Shown here: positions 27,927 to 37,252 of the stretch, piece after piece
Layout: each line of letters opens with the position of its first letter
Position numbering within the stretch: the first letter of the stretch is position 1
From: Halobacteriovoraceae bacterium
Lineage (GTDB): Bacteria; Bdellovibrionota; Bacteriovoracia; Bacteriovoracales; Bacteriovoracaceae
Reading direction: 5' to 3'
DNA: 64,000 nt
Assembly: GCA_963719505.1 (NCBI GenBank)
Contig: CAVRCF010000004.1
Location: 96,001-160,000, forward strand
Notes under the pieces: generated by a model
The model's input: only the letters and a program-made list of their open reading frames with translations
What the model was told of the DNA's origin: nothing
Database searches by the model: none
Made by a program: the position numbers and the translations under genes

Positions 27927-28948
27927 TTGATTCGATGATAGGTAATGGCATTGTGCCTGACTTTGCTTTAAGACTTGGTATTAACAACCTTCTTAAGAAA
28001 AGACTTGAAGATGAATACGGAGATGATTTTGATAAGGCCGATAAAAGTAGGTTAGAGCTTATTGAGGAATTAAAAAATTCACCAGTGGCCATTGAGACTG
28101 ATAAAGCTAACGATCAACACTATATGGTTCCCCCAGAATTTTTTGTTAAATGTCTTGGTAAAACTCTGAAATACAGCAGCTGCCACTGGGATAAAGCAAA
28201 AAATTTAGATGAGGCAGAAATTGAGATGCTGGAGCTTACGATAAAGAGAGCTGGCATAAAAGATGGAGATAAGATTCTTGAGCTTGGTCATGGCTGGGGA
28301 TCCATCACTCTTTTTATGGCCCAAAAATTCCCTAATTCTAAAATTACAGCCGTGTCAAACTCTAAGTTTCAAGGTGACTTTATCATGGACCGAGCTAAAG
28401 AGAGAGGCCTTGATAATATCACCATCAATACTGCTGATGTCACAACCTTGGAACTTGATGAGAAATTTGATCGTGTCATTTCTATCGAGATGTTTGAGCA
28501 CATGAGAAATTACAAAGAATTGTTAAAAAGAATTTCTAGCTGGTTAAATCCAGAGGGAACACTTTTTGTTCATATTTTTGTTCACAAAGAATTAAGCTAT
28601 AAGTTTGACGTGGTCGATGAAACGGACTGGATGAGTAAGTATTTTTTCTCTGGTGGAATTATGCCAAGTGAACATCTATTGTATTATTTCAAAGACGACA
28701 TGGTTGTGGATCAACATTGGAGAGTCAACGGAACTCACTATGCTAAGACGGCAAGAGCTTGGCTTGAGAATCAAGACAACAATAAAGAATTTATCATGAA
28801 TCTTTTTGAGAAACATTATCCTAAAGGCGAAGCGAAGAAGTGGTTTAACTACTGGAGAGTCTTTTATATGGCGTGTGAGGAACTTTGGAATTACAAAGAT
28901 GGAACTGAGTGGTTCGTAGGTCACTACCTTTTAAAGAAGAATTCCTAA
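27923..28948 (+). CDS. SAM-dependent methyltransferase (Cfa/coclaurine N-methyltransferase-like)
   Basis: ANDQHY.VPPEFF, KYSSC, ILELGHGWGS, SIEMFEHMRN, YFFSGGIMPS, WRVFYMAC.EL. Confidence 0.9.
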   Translation: MIDSMIGNGIVPDFALRLGINNLLKKRLEDEYGDDFDKADKSRLELIEELKNSPVAIETDKANDQHYMVPPEFFVKCLGKTLKYSSCHWDKAKNLDEAEIEMLELTIKRAGIKDGDKILELGHGWGSITLFMAQKFPNSKITAVSNSKFQGDFIMDRAKERGLDNITINTADVTTLELDEKFDRVISIEMFEHMRNYKELLKRISSWLNPEGTLFVHIFVHKELSYKFDVVDETDWMSKYFFSGGIMPSEHLLYYFKDDMVVDQHWRVNGTHYAKTARAWLENQDNNKEFIMNLFEKHYPKGEAKKWFNYWRVFYMACEELWNYKDGTEWFVGHYLLKKNS

Positions 28949-30192
28949 TGAAGAAACTAGCAATAATTGGCTCTGGCATCGCCGGTATGAGTGCTGCTTA
29001 TTTTCTAAAAGACGATTTTGAAATTACCCTATTCGAAAAAGGTAGCTATATTGGTGGGCATACAAATACAGTTGATGTTCATGATGGAGAAAAAGAGTGT
29101 CCTATGGATACAGGTTTTATGGTTTTTAATGAAAAGACCTATCCTTATCTGTTGAAACTTTTTAATAAGCTTGGTGTTCCCTACAAAAATACAGACATGA
29201 GTTTTAGCGTGAGAAATGAGCAGCTAGACTTAGAATTTAACGGGTCTTCATTGAGTGGTATCTTTTCACAAAGAAAAAATATTTTTAATTTTAAATTTTT
29301 GAAAATGATTAGAGAAATTTTAAAGTTTAATTCACATGCTCCAATAGTCATCGAGGATCCAAGGTATAAAGAAATGTCTATAGGCTCCTACCTTGCTGAA
29401 CGTGGCCATTCTGACTATTTTTTTGAAAATTTTCTCGCACCCATGAGTTCTGCTGTTTGGTCTACACCGACAAGTAAAATGAAGGATTTCCCCGCACGGT
29501 CTTTGGTACAGTTTTTTTATAACCACGGGTTTGTAGGAGTTAATACTCAGCTTCAATGGAAGACAGTTGATGGAGGAAGTCGAGTTTATAGGGATATCTT
29601 AATTGATTCTTTTAAGGATCAGATAAGGATCAATTCGGAAGTTGTTGGAGTGATTCAAAATGAGACAGGCTTTACCGTTCAAACCAATAAAGAAATAATT
29701 GAATTTGATAAGGTTATTATTTGTTCACATGCAGATGAAGCTTTAAAAATGCTAGAGAACCCAACCAAAGACCAAAAAGATGTCTTGAGCAAGTTTAAGT
29801 ATCAACTTAATATGGCCACCGTTCATACGGATAAAACTGTAATGCCAAACCTAAAAGCAAATTGGTCTTCTTGGAACTTTTTGATGAATAAGAGCAAGCA
29901 GTATACTGTCTATTACATGAACAGACTTCAAGGTGTGAGTGATAAAAAAGATTTCTTTGTCAATATCAACGGCGAGGAATTTGTTGATAAAAGTAAGATT
30001 ATTCAATCTATAGAATATCATCATCCTATCTTTGACGTCGAAAGTGCTATTGCTCAGACTAAAATTGATCAATTAAATGCCCAAGGAGAGATTCATTTTT
30101 CCGGTAGCTATTACCGTTATGGTTTCCACGAAGATGCGCTTTTATCTTCGGTTGAACTTTGTTCGACGATTTTAGGTAAGAGAGTTCTCTGA
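28948..30192 (+). CDS. FAD-dependent oxidoreductase (amine-oxidase-like; UfaD-like candidate)
   Basis: AIIGSGIAG, GGHTNT, DTGFMVFN..TYP, YYMNRLQ, YGFHEDAL; TAATG coupling at 28946-28950. Confidence 0.9.
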   Translation: MKKLAIIGSGIAGMSAAYFLKDDFEITLFEKGSYIGGHTNTVDVHDGEKECPMDTGFMVFNEKTYPYLLKLFNKLGVPYKNTDMSFSVRNEQLDLEFNGSSLSGIFSQRKNIFNFKFLKMIREILKFNSHAPIVIEDPRYKEMSIGSYLAERGHSDYFFENFLAPMSSAVWSTPTSKMKDFPARSLVQFFYNHGFVGVNTQLQWKTVDGGSRVYRDILIDSFKDQIRINSEVVGVIQNETGFTVQTNKEIIEFDKVIICSHADEALKMLENPTKDQKDVLSKFKYQLNMATVHTDKTVMPNLKANWSSWNFLMNKSKQYTVYYMNRLQGVSDKKDFFVNINGEEFVDKSKIIQSIEYHHPIFDVESAIAQTKIDQLNAQGEIHFSGSYYRYGFHEDALLSSVELCSTILGKRVL

Positions 30193-30962
30193 TGCATTCC
30201 CTTGTTAACTTTGAAGTTTTGCATGCTCGGCATACTCCAAAGAAGTACAAATTTACTCATAGCTTTTTCTGGTTTAAATTTGACCTCGATAAGCTAGAGG
30301 ATTTTCCCTCTCAACTTCTTAGTGTTAATAAAGCAGGTCTCTATTCTTTTTGGGATAAGGATCATATGGACTTTGGCGCTGAGACGGCAAAAGAGAACTT
30401 TTTAAAATTCGCAAAGGAAAGTGGTTTTACCGGGAATGCAAAAAAAGTTATTCTCTATACTCAAACACGTTTTTTAGGCTATATATTCAATCCGGTTAGC
30501 TTTATTTTAATAACGGATGAACAAAATAGAGATCATGCTATCATAGAGATAGGAAATACCTTCAATGAACTCAAACCTTTTTTTGTTCACAACGATCACT
30601 TTAAAGACGATGGCTTTGTCTTTGACACTATTAAACATTTTTATATTTCTCCATTTATTGCCCTCGATAATAGGATGACCTTTAGATTCAAGAAGAATAA
30701 TGATCATCTTAGTATCCATATAGATGATTATAGTAAGACTGAAAAAACTCTGACTGTGGTCTTTAAAGGAAGTGAGATTGAAGCTTCTACGAAGAATCTT
30801 TTAATTAACACATTAAAATTTCCTTTTATTACTCTTAAAATAATAGGTCTCATTCATTTTCATGCTTTTGTCCTATGGATCAAAGGCATTAAGTACTATA
30901 AAAAATCAGAAAATATAGATATTCAAAAAGGAAACTTACCGTGGAAAAAAAAGAAAAAGTAG
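30192..30962 (+). CDS. DUF1365 family protein (UfaO-like candidate)
   Basis: V.HAR..PKKYKF, R.LGYIFNPVSF, EIGNTFNE, K.FYISPF, IHFHAF.LW.KG. Confidence 0.92.
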   Translation: MHSLVNFEVLHARHTPKKYKFTHSFFWFKFDLDKLEDFPSQLLSVNKAGLYSFWDKDHMDFGAETAKENFLKFAKESGFTGNAKKVILYTQTRFLGYIFNPVSFILITDEQNRDHAIIEIGNTFNELKPFFVHNDHFKDDGFVFDTIKHFYISPFIALDNRMTFRFKKNNDHLSIHIDDYSKTEKTLTVVFKGSEIEASTKNLLINTLKFPFITLKIIGLIHFHAFVLWIKGIKYYKKSENIDIQKGNLPWKKKKK

Positions 30963-32200
30963 AATCTAAGGCATCTGTTTATCAAAAGATAGTCTTAAGT
31001 CTCCTTAAAAAATTTAAAAAAGGAAGCCTGGAACTTACTCTTCACACGGGAGAAGTTATTAATGTTGGAGATGGTAATGGCCATCATGCCCAGATTCATA
31101 TTCATGATATCTCTTTTTACAAAAGATGTGTTTTTTACGGTGACATTGGTTTCTCTGAAAGCTTTATGGATGGTCATTGGACAACGAATGACTTAACAAT
31201 GGTTGTTCGTTGGATTATAGACAATATTGAAACCTCTGGTGTCATGTCAGGATCTAAAGCAAAAACAATAGGTCTCAATTTTCTCGAAAAAATTAATAGG
31301 GCAAAACATTTATTTAATAAAAACTCTAAAGGTGGATCGGCAGCAAACATCTCCTACCACTACGATCTTAGTAATGAGCTCTATATGCTTATGCTTGATT
31401 CGACAATGAGTTACTCCTGTGGAATTTTTGACAAACCTGATACTGACTTACACCAAGCTCAACTTAATAAGTTAAAAACACTTTGTACCGATTTAGATAT
31501 TCAAGCCTCTGATCATATTTTAGAAATAGGATGTGGCTGGGGTGGTTTTGCTGTCTATGCGGCAAAAAACTATGGCTGTCGAATAACCGGAATTACGATC
31601 TCTAAAGAGCAGCTACAATACGCCAAAGCCTTAGTAAAAAAAGAAGGTCTTGAAGATAAGATCAATTTGATCTTTAAAGACTATAGAGAACTTGAAGGTA
31701 AGTTTGATAAGGTGGTTTCTATTGAAATGATCGAAGCCGTTGGAGATGAATTTTTACCGGAATATTTTGAGTGCATCGATCGACTTCTCAAAGATGATGG
31801 AGTAACCACTATTCAAGCAATCACAAGTCCAGATGCTCGTTATGAGTCTTTTAGAGATGGCGTCGATTTTATCCAAAAGCATATTTTTCCAGGCTCACTT
31901 TTGCCCTCAGTAAGAAAAATGAGTGATTCTTGTCGAAATACTCAGTTACAATTGGTCAATCTTAGAGATATTGGACCTCACTATGCCAAGACTTTGCGAA
32001 TTTGGCGTGAAAAGTTCTTTGCCTCAGTTGAAGATGTTAAAAAGTTGGGCTTTGATGATACTTTTGTCAGAAAGTGGGATTACTACCTTAGTTATTGTGA
32101 AGCCGCTTTTATTGAGAGAAATATCTCTGATGTTCAAGTCACTTATATAAAACCAAATAATACAAGTTACTTGGCAGGCCTTATAAAAGAGATGGAGTAG
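30941..32200 (+). CDS. cfa: Cyclopropane-fatty-acyl-phospholipid synthase family methyltransferase (UfaM-like candidate)
   Basis: NISYHYDLSN, MSYSCG, LEIGCGWGG, SIEMIEAVG, DFIQKHIFPGSLLPS, WDYYLSYCEAAF. Confidence 0.9.
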   Translation: MEKKEKVESKASVYQKIVLSLLKKFKKGSLELTLHTGEVINVGDGNGHHAQIHIHDISFYKRCVFYGDIGFSESFMDGHWTTNDLTMVVRWIIDNIETSGVMSGSKAKTIGLNFLEKINRAKHLFNKNSKGGSAANISYHYDLSNELYMLMLDSTMSYSCGIFDKPDTDLHQAQLNKLKTLCTDLDIQASDHILEIGCGWGGFAVYAAKNYGCRITGITISKEQLQYAKALVKKEGLEDKINLIFKDYRELEGKFDKVVSIEMIEAVGDEFLPEYFECIDRLLKDDGVTTIQAITSPDARYESFRDGVDFIQKHIFPGSLLPSVRKMSDSCRNTQLQLVNLRDIGPHYAKTLRIWREKFFASVEDVKKLGFDDTFVRKWDYYLSYCEAAFIERNISDVQVTYIKPNNTSYLAGLIKEME

Positions 32201-32935
32201 TTACCACTTTATATTGACACCATCCCATGAGATAAAAAGATGGTCTTCTAGGTTGGCCATGTCGATTCTTTTTAAAATATTTTTTGCGGTCTCATAAGGC
32301 TTGTGTAATTTATATTTTGTATTTTTTATAAAAGGTGCCGACAACTGCGTCTCAGTAGTTCCTGGGTGGATGGCCCTCACCACACATTCGATTTTGTCTC
32401 TTTTAAATTCGATATCAATCGTTTTAAGAAACATGTTAAGAGCTGCTTTAGAGGATCGATATCCATACCATCCGCCAATTTCATTATCGTCGATACTTCC
32501 AACTTTAGCAGATATTGCACAAAAGAGAGAATTTCTACTCTTTCTAAAGTGGTCTTTAAAGTGGCGGGCCAACATTGGTGTAACAAAGCTGTTGACCGCA
32601 AAGTATTCTGTAAGGGTTGAAAAATTGATATCTTTCAAACTTTTCTCTGGTGATAAATTTTTGTGATGGAGAGTTCCAATGCAGTTGATGATAAGATCGA
32701 CACTTTCGATCTGTTCAGAGAGCTTCTCATAGGACGCTTCTTTTGATGGATCAAAGTGAAGCGCCTCAATTGAATCGACAGCTAAGAGATCTTTTGCTGT
32801 TTTCTCATTTCTATAAGTGCCATAAACTTTATCAATCTTATAGTCATCCTTTAGCATTTTTACTAAAGCAAAACCTATTCCTTTGTTGGCCCCTACGACT
32901 AATGCCGATTTCACTTTCTTAAGCTCGAAGATCAT
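32201..32935 (-). CDS. SDR oxidoreductase, CsgA (C-factor)-like
   Basis: GANKGIG, PEKSL, ISAKVGSIDDN.IGGWYGYRSSKAALNM, HPGTTET.LS.PF. Confidence 0.9.
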   Translation of the reverse strand: MIFELKKVKSALVVGANKGIGFALVKMLKDDYKIDKVYGTYRNEKTAKDLLAVDSIEALHFDPSKEASYEKLSEQIESVDLIINCIGTLHHKNLSPEKSLKDINFSTLTEYFAVNSFVTPMLARHFKDHFRKSRNSLFCAISAKVGSIDDNEIGGWYGYRSSKAALNMFLKTIDIEFKRDKIECVVRAIHPGTTETQLSAPFIKNTKYKLHKPYETAKNILKRIDMANLEDHLFISWDGVNIKW

Positions 32936-33447
32936 TTTTGTATTCCTATGAGTTTATTATAAATATTTATAGAGATTGGAAAGAAGATGGCCCATAAAAT
33001 CCCAATAAGGGGGAGAGCTTGTACAGCTTGCAGCTTGATCGAGCCAATTTTTGAACCTGAGTAATAGGAGACGGGGGCAAAAATCAAAGCGAGGACTATA
33101 GACAGAAGAGTCTTTCCACTAAATCGGTAAAAGCCTATTTGGTAATAAGGGATAAAAATTATCCACATACCCCACATGAAAGGCGAAGAAATAGGTTCAC
33201 TCCAGTTTGCAAACGAGATATAGCCAAGGTTGAGGACAATAGAGTCTATGATCATTCCCGATATGACAATAAAGGCCGTAAAAGTGATGAATCTTCTGAT
33301 CGGTACTTCTTTATAATAGATAGTCTTGTCGATAAAAAGAAAGATTAGACTCAAAGGCACAGTGAAATATAAGTAGGGCGTTTTGCCCAAATACACATTT
33401 GCAAACCATAGGGATTGAAAAATAATGAGGCGAATAATATTATTCAT
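32932..33447 (-). CDS. DUF2878 family membrane protein
   Basis: FQSLWF, G..IDS, P.M..MW, AP.SYY.G pattern; typical neighbour of cfa/DUF1365. Confidence 0.75.
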   Translation of the reverse strand: MNNIIRLIIFQSLWFANVYLGKTPYLYFTVPLSLIFLFIDKTIYYKEVPIRRFITFTAFIVISGMIIDSIVLNLGYISFANWSEPISSPFMWGMWIIFIPYYQIGFYRFSGKTLLSIVLALIFAPVSYYSGSKIGSIKLQAVQALPLIGILWAIFFPISINIYNKLIGIQK

Positions 33448-33917
33448 AAGAGCTCTAAAATATCTTTTTCTATACTCATGGGTTTCGTTTGTGGAGAGTA
33501 TCTTTTAATAACCTTGCCGTGAGTGTCTACTAGAAACTTAGTAAAATTCCATTTGATTTTTTTAGATCCCAAAAGCCCCGGTTTTTCTTTCTTTAAATAT
33601 TTATAAAGATCACTGGCGTCTTTGCCGTTAACGTTAACCTTCTGAAAAATATCAAAAGAGACATTAAACTTTAAGTCACAAAACTCTTTTATCTCTTCAG
33701 AGGTTCCTGGCTCTTGGGATCCAAATTGATTACACGGAAAAGCTAGAATTGACAGCTTGTCCTTATGTTTTTGGTAGAGCTCTTCAAGACCAGCATACTG
33801 GGGTGTAAAACCACAAGCTGAAGCAGTATTAACAATCAAGACGACTCGGCCTGCATATCTTTTAAGCTCAACATCTTTATCGTTTATATCTTTTTCTTTG
33901 TAGACGTAAATAGTCAT
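33444..33917 (-). CDS. gpx: Glutathione peroxidase (Cys-type)
   Basis: VNTASACGFTPQY, FPCNQFG.QEPG, IKWNFTKFLVD. Confidence 0.95.
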   Translation of the reverse strand: MTIYVYKEKDINDKDVELKRYAGRVVLIVNTASACGFTPQYAGLEELYQKHKDKLSILAFPCNQFGSQEPGTSEEIKEFCDLKFNVSFDIFQKVNVNGKDASDLYKYLKKEKPGLLGSKKIKWNFTKFLVDTHGKVIKRYSPQTKPMSIEKDILELL

Positions 33918-33918
33918 T

Positions 33919-34545
33919 TTAATTTTTCCTTTTTATGGGTTTATCTGGTTTGGCATACTCAAGCCGGGCAAGAAGCCTTGGCTTATAATATCCCTCTAGT
34001 GAGACTCCACTGGTAACTTTTAGTTTCTCCAGATCTACATAGCCGCTATCGTCACATGCTTTTTCATCGAACTCAACACTTTCTATGCTACCAATGATCA
34101 TGATCGTCCCATTCTCATCAATCTCAATTTCTCGAACAAGCTTCATCCCTATTTTTAAAGGGGACTCTTTAACAAATGGCGCAGCGAAGTCATCTTTAAA
34201 TAGGGCTTCAAGTTTTGTTGCAGTGAATTCGGATCCATCAAAGCGGGCGCTTGTGTGGTGGGCTTGTTCAAAGAATTCTTCCCCAACGGCGTTGATTGTA
34301 TAAAAACCTGTCGTTCGAATATTTTCTAAAGTGTGTCGGGCCACAGAATCTGGTCTAGAGATCATTCCTAAAAGGGCTGGGTCTGCTCCTAGATGGAAAA
34401 CGGAGTTAAATATAGCAAGGTTTTGCACACCTTTATTGTCGATGCTGCCGATGAGATTAAGTGATTTAAAACCACTTAGAGAGTTAACAAAGGCCCCTCG
34501 AAAGCGCTTTTCAAATTGGTTTATATCTTCTTTTGTATATTTCAT
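33919..34545 (-). CDS. Flavin reductase-like (DIM6/NTAB) protein
   Basis: NSLSGFKS.NLIG, NLAIFNSVFHLGADP, RHTLENI, AH.TSARF..SEF. Confidence 0.88.
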   Translation of the reverse strand: MKYTKEDINQFEKRFRGAFVNSLSGFKSLNLIGSIDNKGVQNLAIFNSVFHLGADPALLGMISRPDSVARHTLENIRTTGFYTINAVGEEFFEQAHHTSARFDGSEFTATKLEALFKDDFAAPFVKESPLKIGMKLVREIEIDENGTIMIIGSIESVEFDEKACDDSGYVDLEKLKVTSGVSLEGYYKPRLLARLEYAKPDKPIKRKN

Positions 34546-34650
34546 CTTAAAACTCCTAGACTTGATATTAGCTTTTTAGAGACAGTTTCAAAATAAGTGT
34601 CGAGCATTTGTTTACTGTTCAAATAATATTGTTAAAATGATAATGCATTT

Positions 34651-35118
34651 ATGGAACTACTTGAAATAAAAAAACTACTACATCATCGTGAGCCTTACCT
34701 TATGGTGTCTAAAGTCTTGCATCTATCTGCTTCAGAGATCGAAACTCAGTGCGTTCACCGCGGAGATGAAGGTCATTTAAGGGGGCATTTTCCGGGGGCT
34801 CCGGTTGTCCCAGGCGCGATGATTCAAGAGTTCTGTACCCAAAGCGCTGGTATTCTTATCACGAAGCATTATAGCCCTGTCGAAAATTATGATTCAGAAA
34901 AAACCAAAGGATATGCTCTTGGGGTTTTAAATAAGATTGAGTTTGCAAAGTATTTAGAAATAGTTAAACCCTCACATTCACTTGAAGCTAAAGTCGAGCT
35001 TGTAGAGAACGTAGACAACTTGTTTAAGTTTAAAGCCCGTGTTTTTCAACAGGGTGTTTTAAAAGCGAAGCTAAAGTTTAACTTAGTTAATATCAGTGAT
35101 TCTTATTTGACTGAATAG
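34651..35118 (+). CDS. FabZ-like 3-hydroxyacyl-ACP dehydratase (hotdog fold)
   Basis: LHHREPYLMV, GHFPGAPVVPGAMIQEFCTQ. Confidence 0.8.
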   Translation: MELLEIKKLLHHREPYLMVSKVLHLSASEIETQCVHRGDEGHLRGHFPGAPVVPGAMIQEFCTQSAGILITKHYSPVENYDSEKTKGYALGVLNKIEFAKYLEIVKPSHSLEAKVELVENVDNLFKFKARVFQQGVLKAKLKFNLVNISDSYLTE

Positions 35119-36119
35119 TAACCAATAATTCCTGAGTCGGTTGCAAAATAGACTTTGTCTTCGATCGCCTCTAATGCTCTAAATCTGTCATTTAAATTTT
35201 CTGATAACTTTTCTTGGGAGCTAAATTTACCATCTTTAATTTTTAATCTCACCAGTTGTTGTGTTCCTAGGCACGCTAGGTAAAGGTGATCTTGATGGAT
35301 GAGTATTTCAGAAAATGAAAGGGAAGGAACCCAGTGTTTTACTGGAGAGACATACCCTTTCTTTGAGGTTGCACCTATTTCTCCACCACCGTATTCTTCT
35401 CCAAATGTAACCACTGGCCAGCCGTAGTTATTTTTGGCTTTTAAAATATTTATTTCATCACCACCTTGGGGACCAAATTCTCCTTCATAAATAATTCCGT
35501 CGTGCAAAGTGAGTCCCTGGGGATTTCGGTGTCCGTAAGAATAGATGGCCCTGGTCGATTCGTTTTTATTTTTAGCGTAAGGGTTATCTTGCGGTATACT
35601 TCCATCAAGGTTGAGCCTTAAGACTTTTCCATTGTGAACTGTAAGGTCTTGAGACTTGTCTCTTTGTCCTCTCTCCCCAACAGTCATGAAGATCTTGTCA
35701 TCTTTTATAAGAAGCCTAGATCCATAGTGATGGGTTGTTGATTCATACGCATCGGCTGTAAAGATATTCTCTAGCGCAGAGACTTTAGAATTTTGAAAAG
35801 TCGCCTTTGCAAGTCTTGTCGTATTGCCTTTGTCAGCTTTAAAAGAATAGGTAAAAAATAGAGTGTCTTGAAAATAGTAGACATCTAATAAACCACCTTG
35901 GCCTGAAACTTTAAGATTAGGAAAACTAATATCTAGTTTTGTGGCTTTGTTCGTTTTTAAATTCAAAGTAAAGACTGAACCCTCTATAGTGGTAAAAACC
36001 ATTTCATTATTAGAGACTTTAGTGAGGCCCCAAATTTGAGAATCGTGTTTGTAGACCTTTGTCACATTGGAAAAAGAGAGTACTGAAAAGAGAAGGAATG
36101 GGATGATTAAGTTTTTCAT
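35103..36119 (-). CDS. PQQ-dependent sugar dehydrogenase (YliI/Asd-like)
   Basis: GQGGLLD, HYGSRL, GKVLRLN.DGSIPQDNP, YSYGHRNPQG, GPQGGDEIN, NYGWP. Confidence 0.9.
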   Translation of the reverse strand: MKNLIIPFLLFSVLSFSNVTKVYKHDSQIWGLTKVSNNEMVFTTIEGSVFTLNLKTNKATKLDISFPNLKVSGQGGLLDVYYFQDTLFFTYSFKADKGNTTRLAKATFQNSKVSALENIFTADAYESTTHHYGSRLLIKDDKIFMTVGERGQRDKSQDLTVHNGKVLRLNLDGSIPQDNPYAKNKNESTRAIYSYGHRNPQGLTLHDGIIYEGEFGPQGGDEINILKAKNNYGWPVVTFGEEYGGGEIGATSKKGYVSPVKHWVPSLSFSEILIHQDHLYLACLGTQQLVRLKIKDGKFSSQEKLSENLNDRFRALEAIEDKVYFATDSGIIGYYSVK

Positions 36120-36128
36120 CCCATTATT

Positions 36129-36542
36129 CTAGAAGTGTTTTAATCTAATGTTAATAACTTTCTTTTGGTTTGGACCGATTGTGAACACGGCTTTACTAAA
36201 ACTTGGTGCGCCTGTGAGGATGGTTGGATTATTAGAAAAGCCAAACCCCTCTTTAGGAATACCTAGAAAGTTTGTATCGAGTTTACTGTTTCTATTTTTG
36301 TCGTGGTACATGGCAATGGCGTAGCTTCCAGGTTCTAAATTCGATATTAGAGCGCTAAAATTGGGTTTCGCCTTCTGTGTGGAAGTCTCGTACGTTGTGT
36401 TGTAGTCGTCAGGAAAACCAACACTTGAATTCCAAAGTGCTATTTGCACATCTCCGTTGTAATTTTTAAATCCTGTTATCTTCACCTTTAAAGAGGATGC
36501 AAACGCCGATAGTGAAAGTGTAAGCATAATGAGTAGTTTCAT
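36129..36542 (-). CDS. DUF2141 family protein
   Basis: Signal peptide from ATG 36542; PGSYAIAMYHDKN.N.KLDTNFLGIPKEGFGFSNN. Confidence 0.9.
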   Translation of the reverse strand: MKLLIMLTLSLSAFASSLKVKITGFKNYNGDVQIALWNSSVGFPDDYNTTYETSTQKAKPNFSALISNLEPGSYAIAMYHDKNRNSKLDTNFLGIPKEGFGFSNNPTILTGAPSFSKAVFTIGPNQKKVINIRLKHF

Positions 36543-36676
36543 GAGCGATCCTTTGTTGTTGTGCAATGAGTCTACCCTGCAAGGGCTCTGGAAAGTAGGG
36601 AATGTGTAATATTTTTACTTGTGTAAACCTCTGAAAATTCGTACCTTTAGGACATTAATTCTTCCAAAAGGTCATT

Positions 36677-37240
36677 ATGAGTCTTCAAACAGAACTAGAA
36701 AATAGATCAGGTCATAAATGTGAAATTTGTGAAAGCAGTGATTCGCTCACGAATATTGATCTTAAAGAGGGTGAAGCCTTGGCTTCAAGTGTTTGTCTTT
36801 GCCTTAAGTGCAAAGAGGCTGTAGAGGCGAAAGACTTTTCTGATCATAATCATTTTAGGTGTCTAAATAACTCCATGTGGAGTGAGCATTCAGCAGTAAA
36901 GGTCTTAAGCTATAGAATTTTATACTCTTTATCCTCAGAGGTTTGGGCCCAGGATCTATTGGAGCAAATCTATTTAGATGAGGATGAACTTGAATGGGCC
37001 AAAGAAGGAATAGAGGCCAAGGCAAGTGGCGCGGTTATTGTCGACTCAAACGGCGCTCTATTAAGTGGTGGGGATTCAGTGACTTTAATCAAAGACTTAG
37101 TCGTTAAAGGTGCAAACTTTACGGCCAAGCGGGGCACTATGGTGAGAAATATTAGTCTGACTGAGGACCCCAAATATATTGAAGGTAAAGTAAACGGAAG
37201 TCACATTGTTATTATTGCGGCGTTTGTCAAAAAGCAATAA
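36677..37240 (+). CDS. PhnA/YjdM domain protein (zinc-ribbon)
   Basis: RSGHKCEIC, CLKC, HFRCLNNSMWS, DSNGALL..GDSVTLIKDL.VKGA. Confidence 0.9.
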   Translation: MSLQTELENRSGHKCEICESSDSLTNIDLKEGEALASSVCLCLKCKEAVEAKDFSDHNHFRCLNNSMWSEHSAVKVLSYRILYSLSSEVWAQDLLEQIYLDEDELEWAKEGIEAKASGAVIVDSNGALLSGGDSVTLIKDLVVKGANFTAKRGTMVRNISLTEDPKYIEGKVNGSHIVIIAAFVKKQ

Positions 37241-37252
37241 GATGTATTTTTT

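Noticed and set aside
28909-28947. Upstream start extensions in the ORF track (also 908, 4130, 5349, 36566, 42871, 49460, 55483, 59815)
   Set aside because: Downstream ATGs fit better with RBS position, signal peptides, translational coupling or family N-termini
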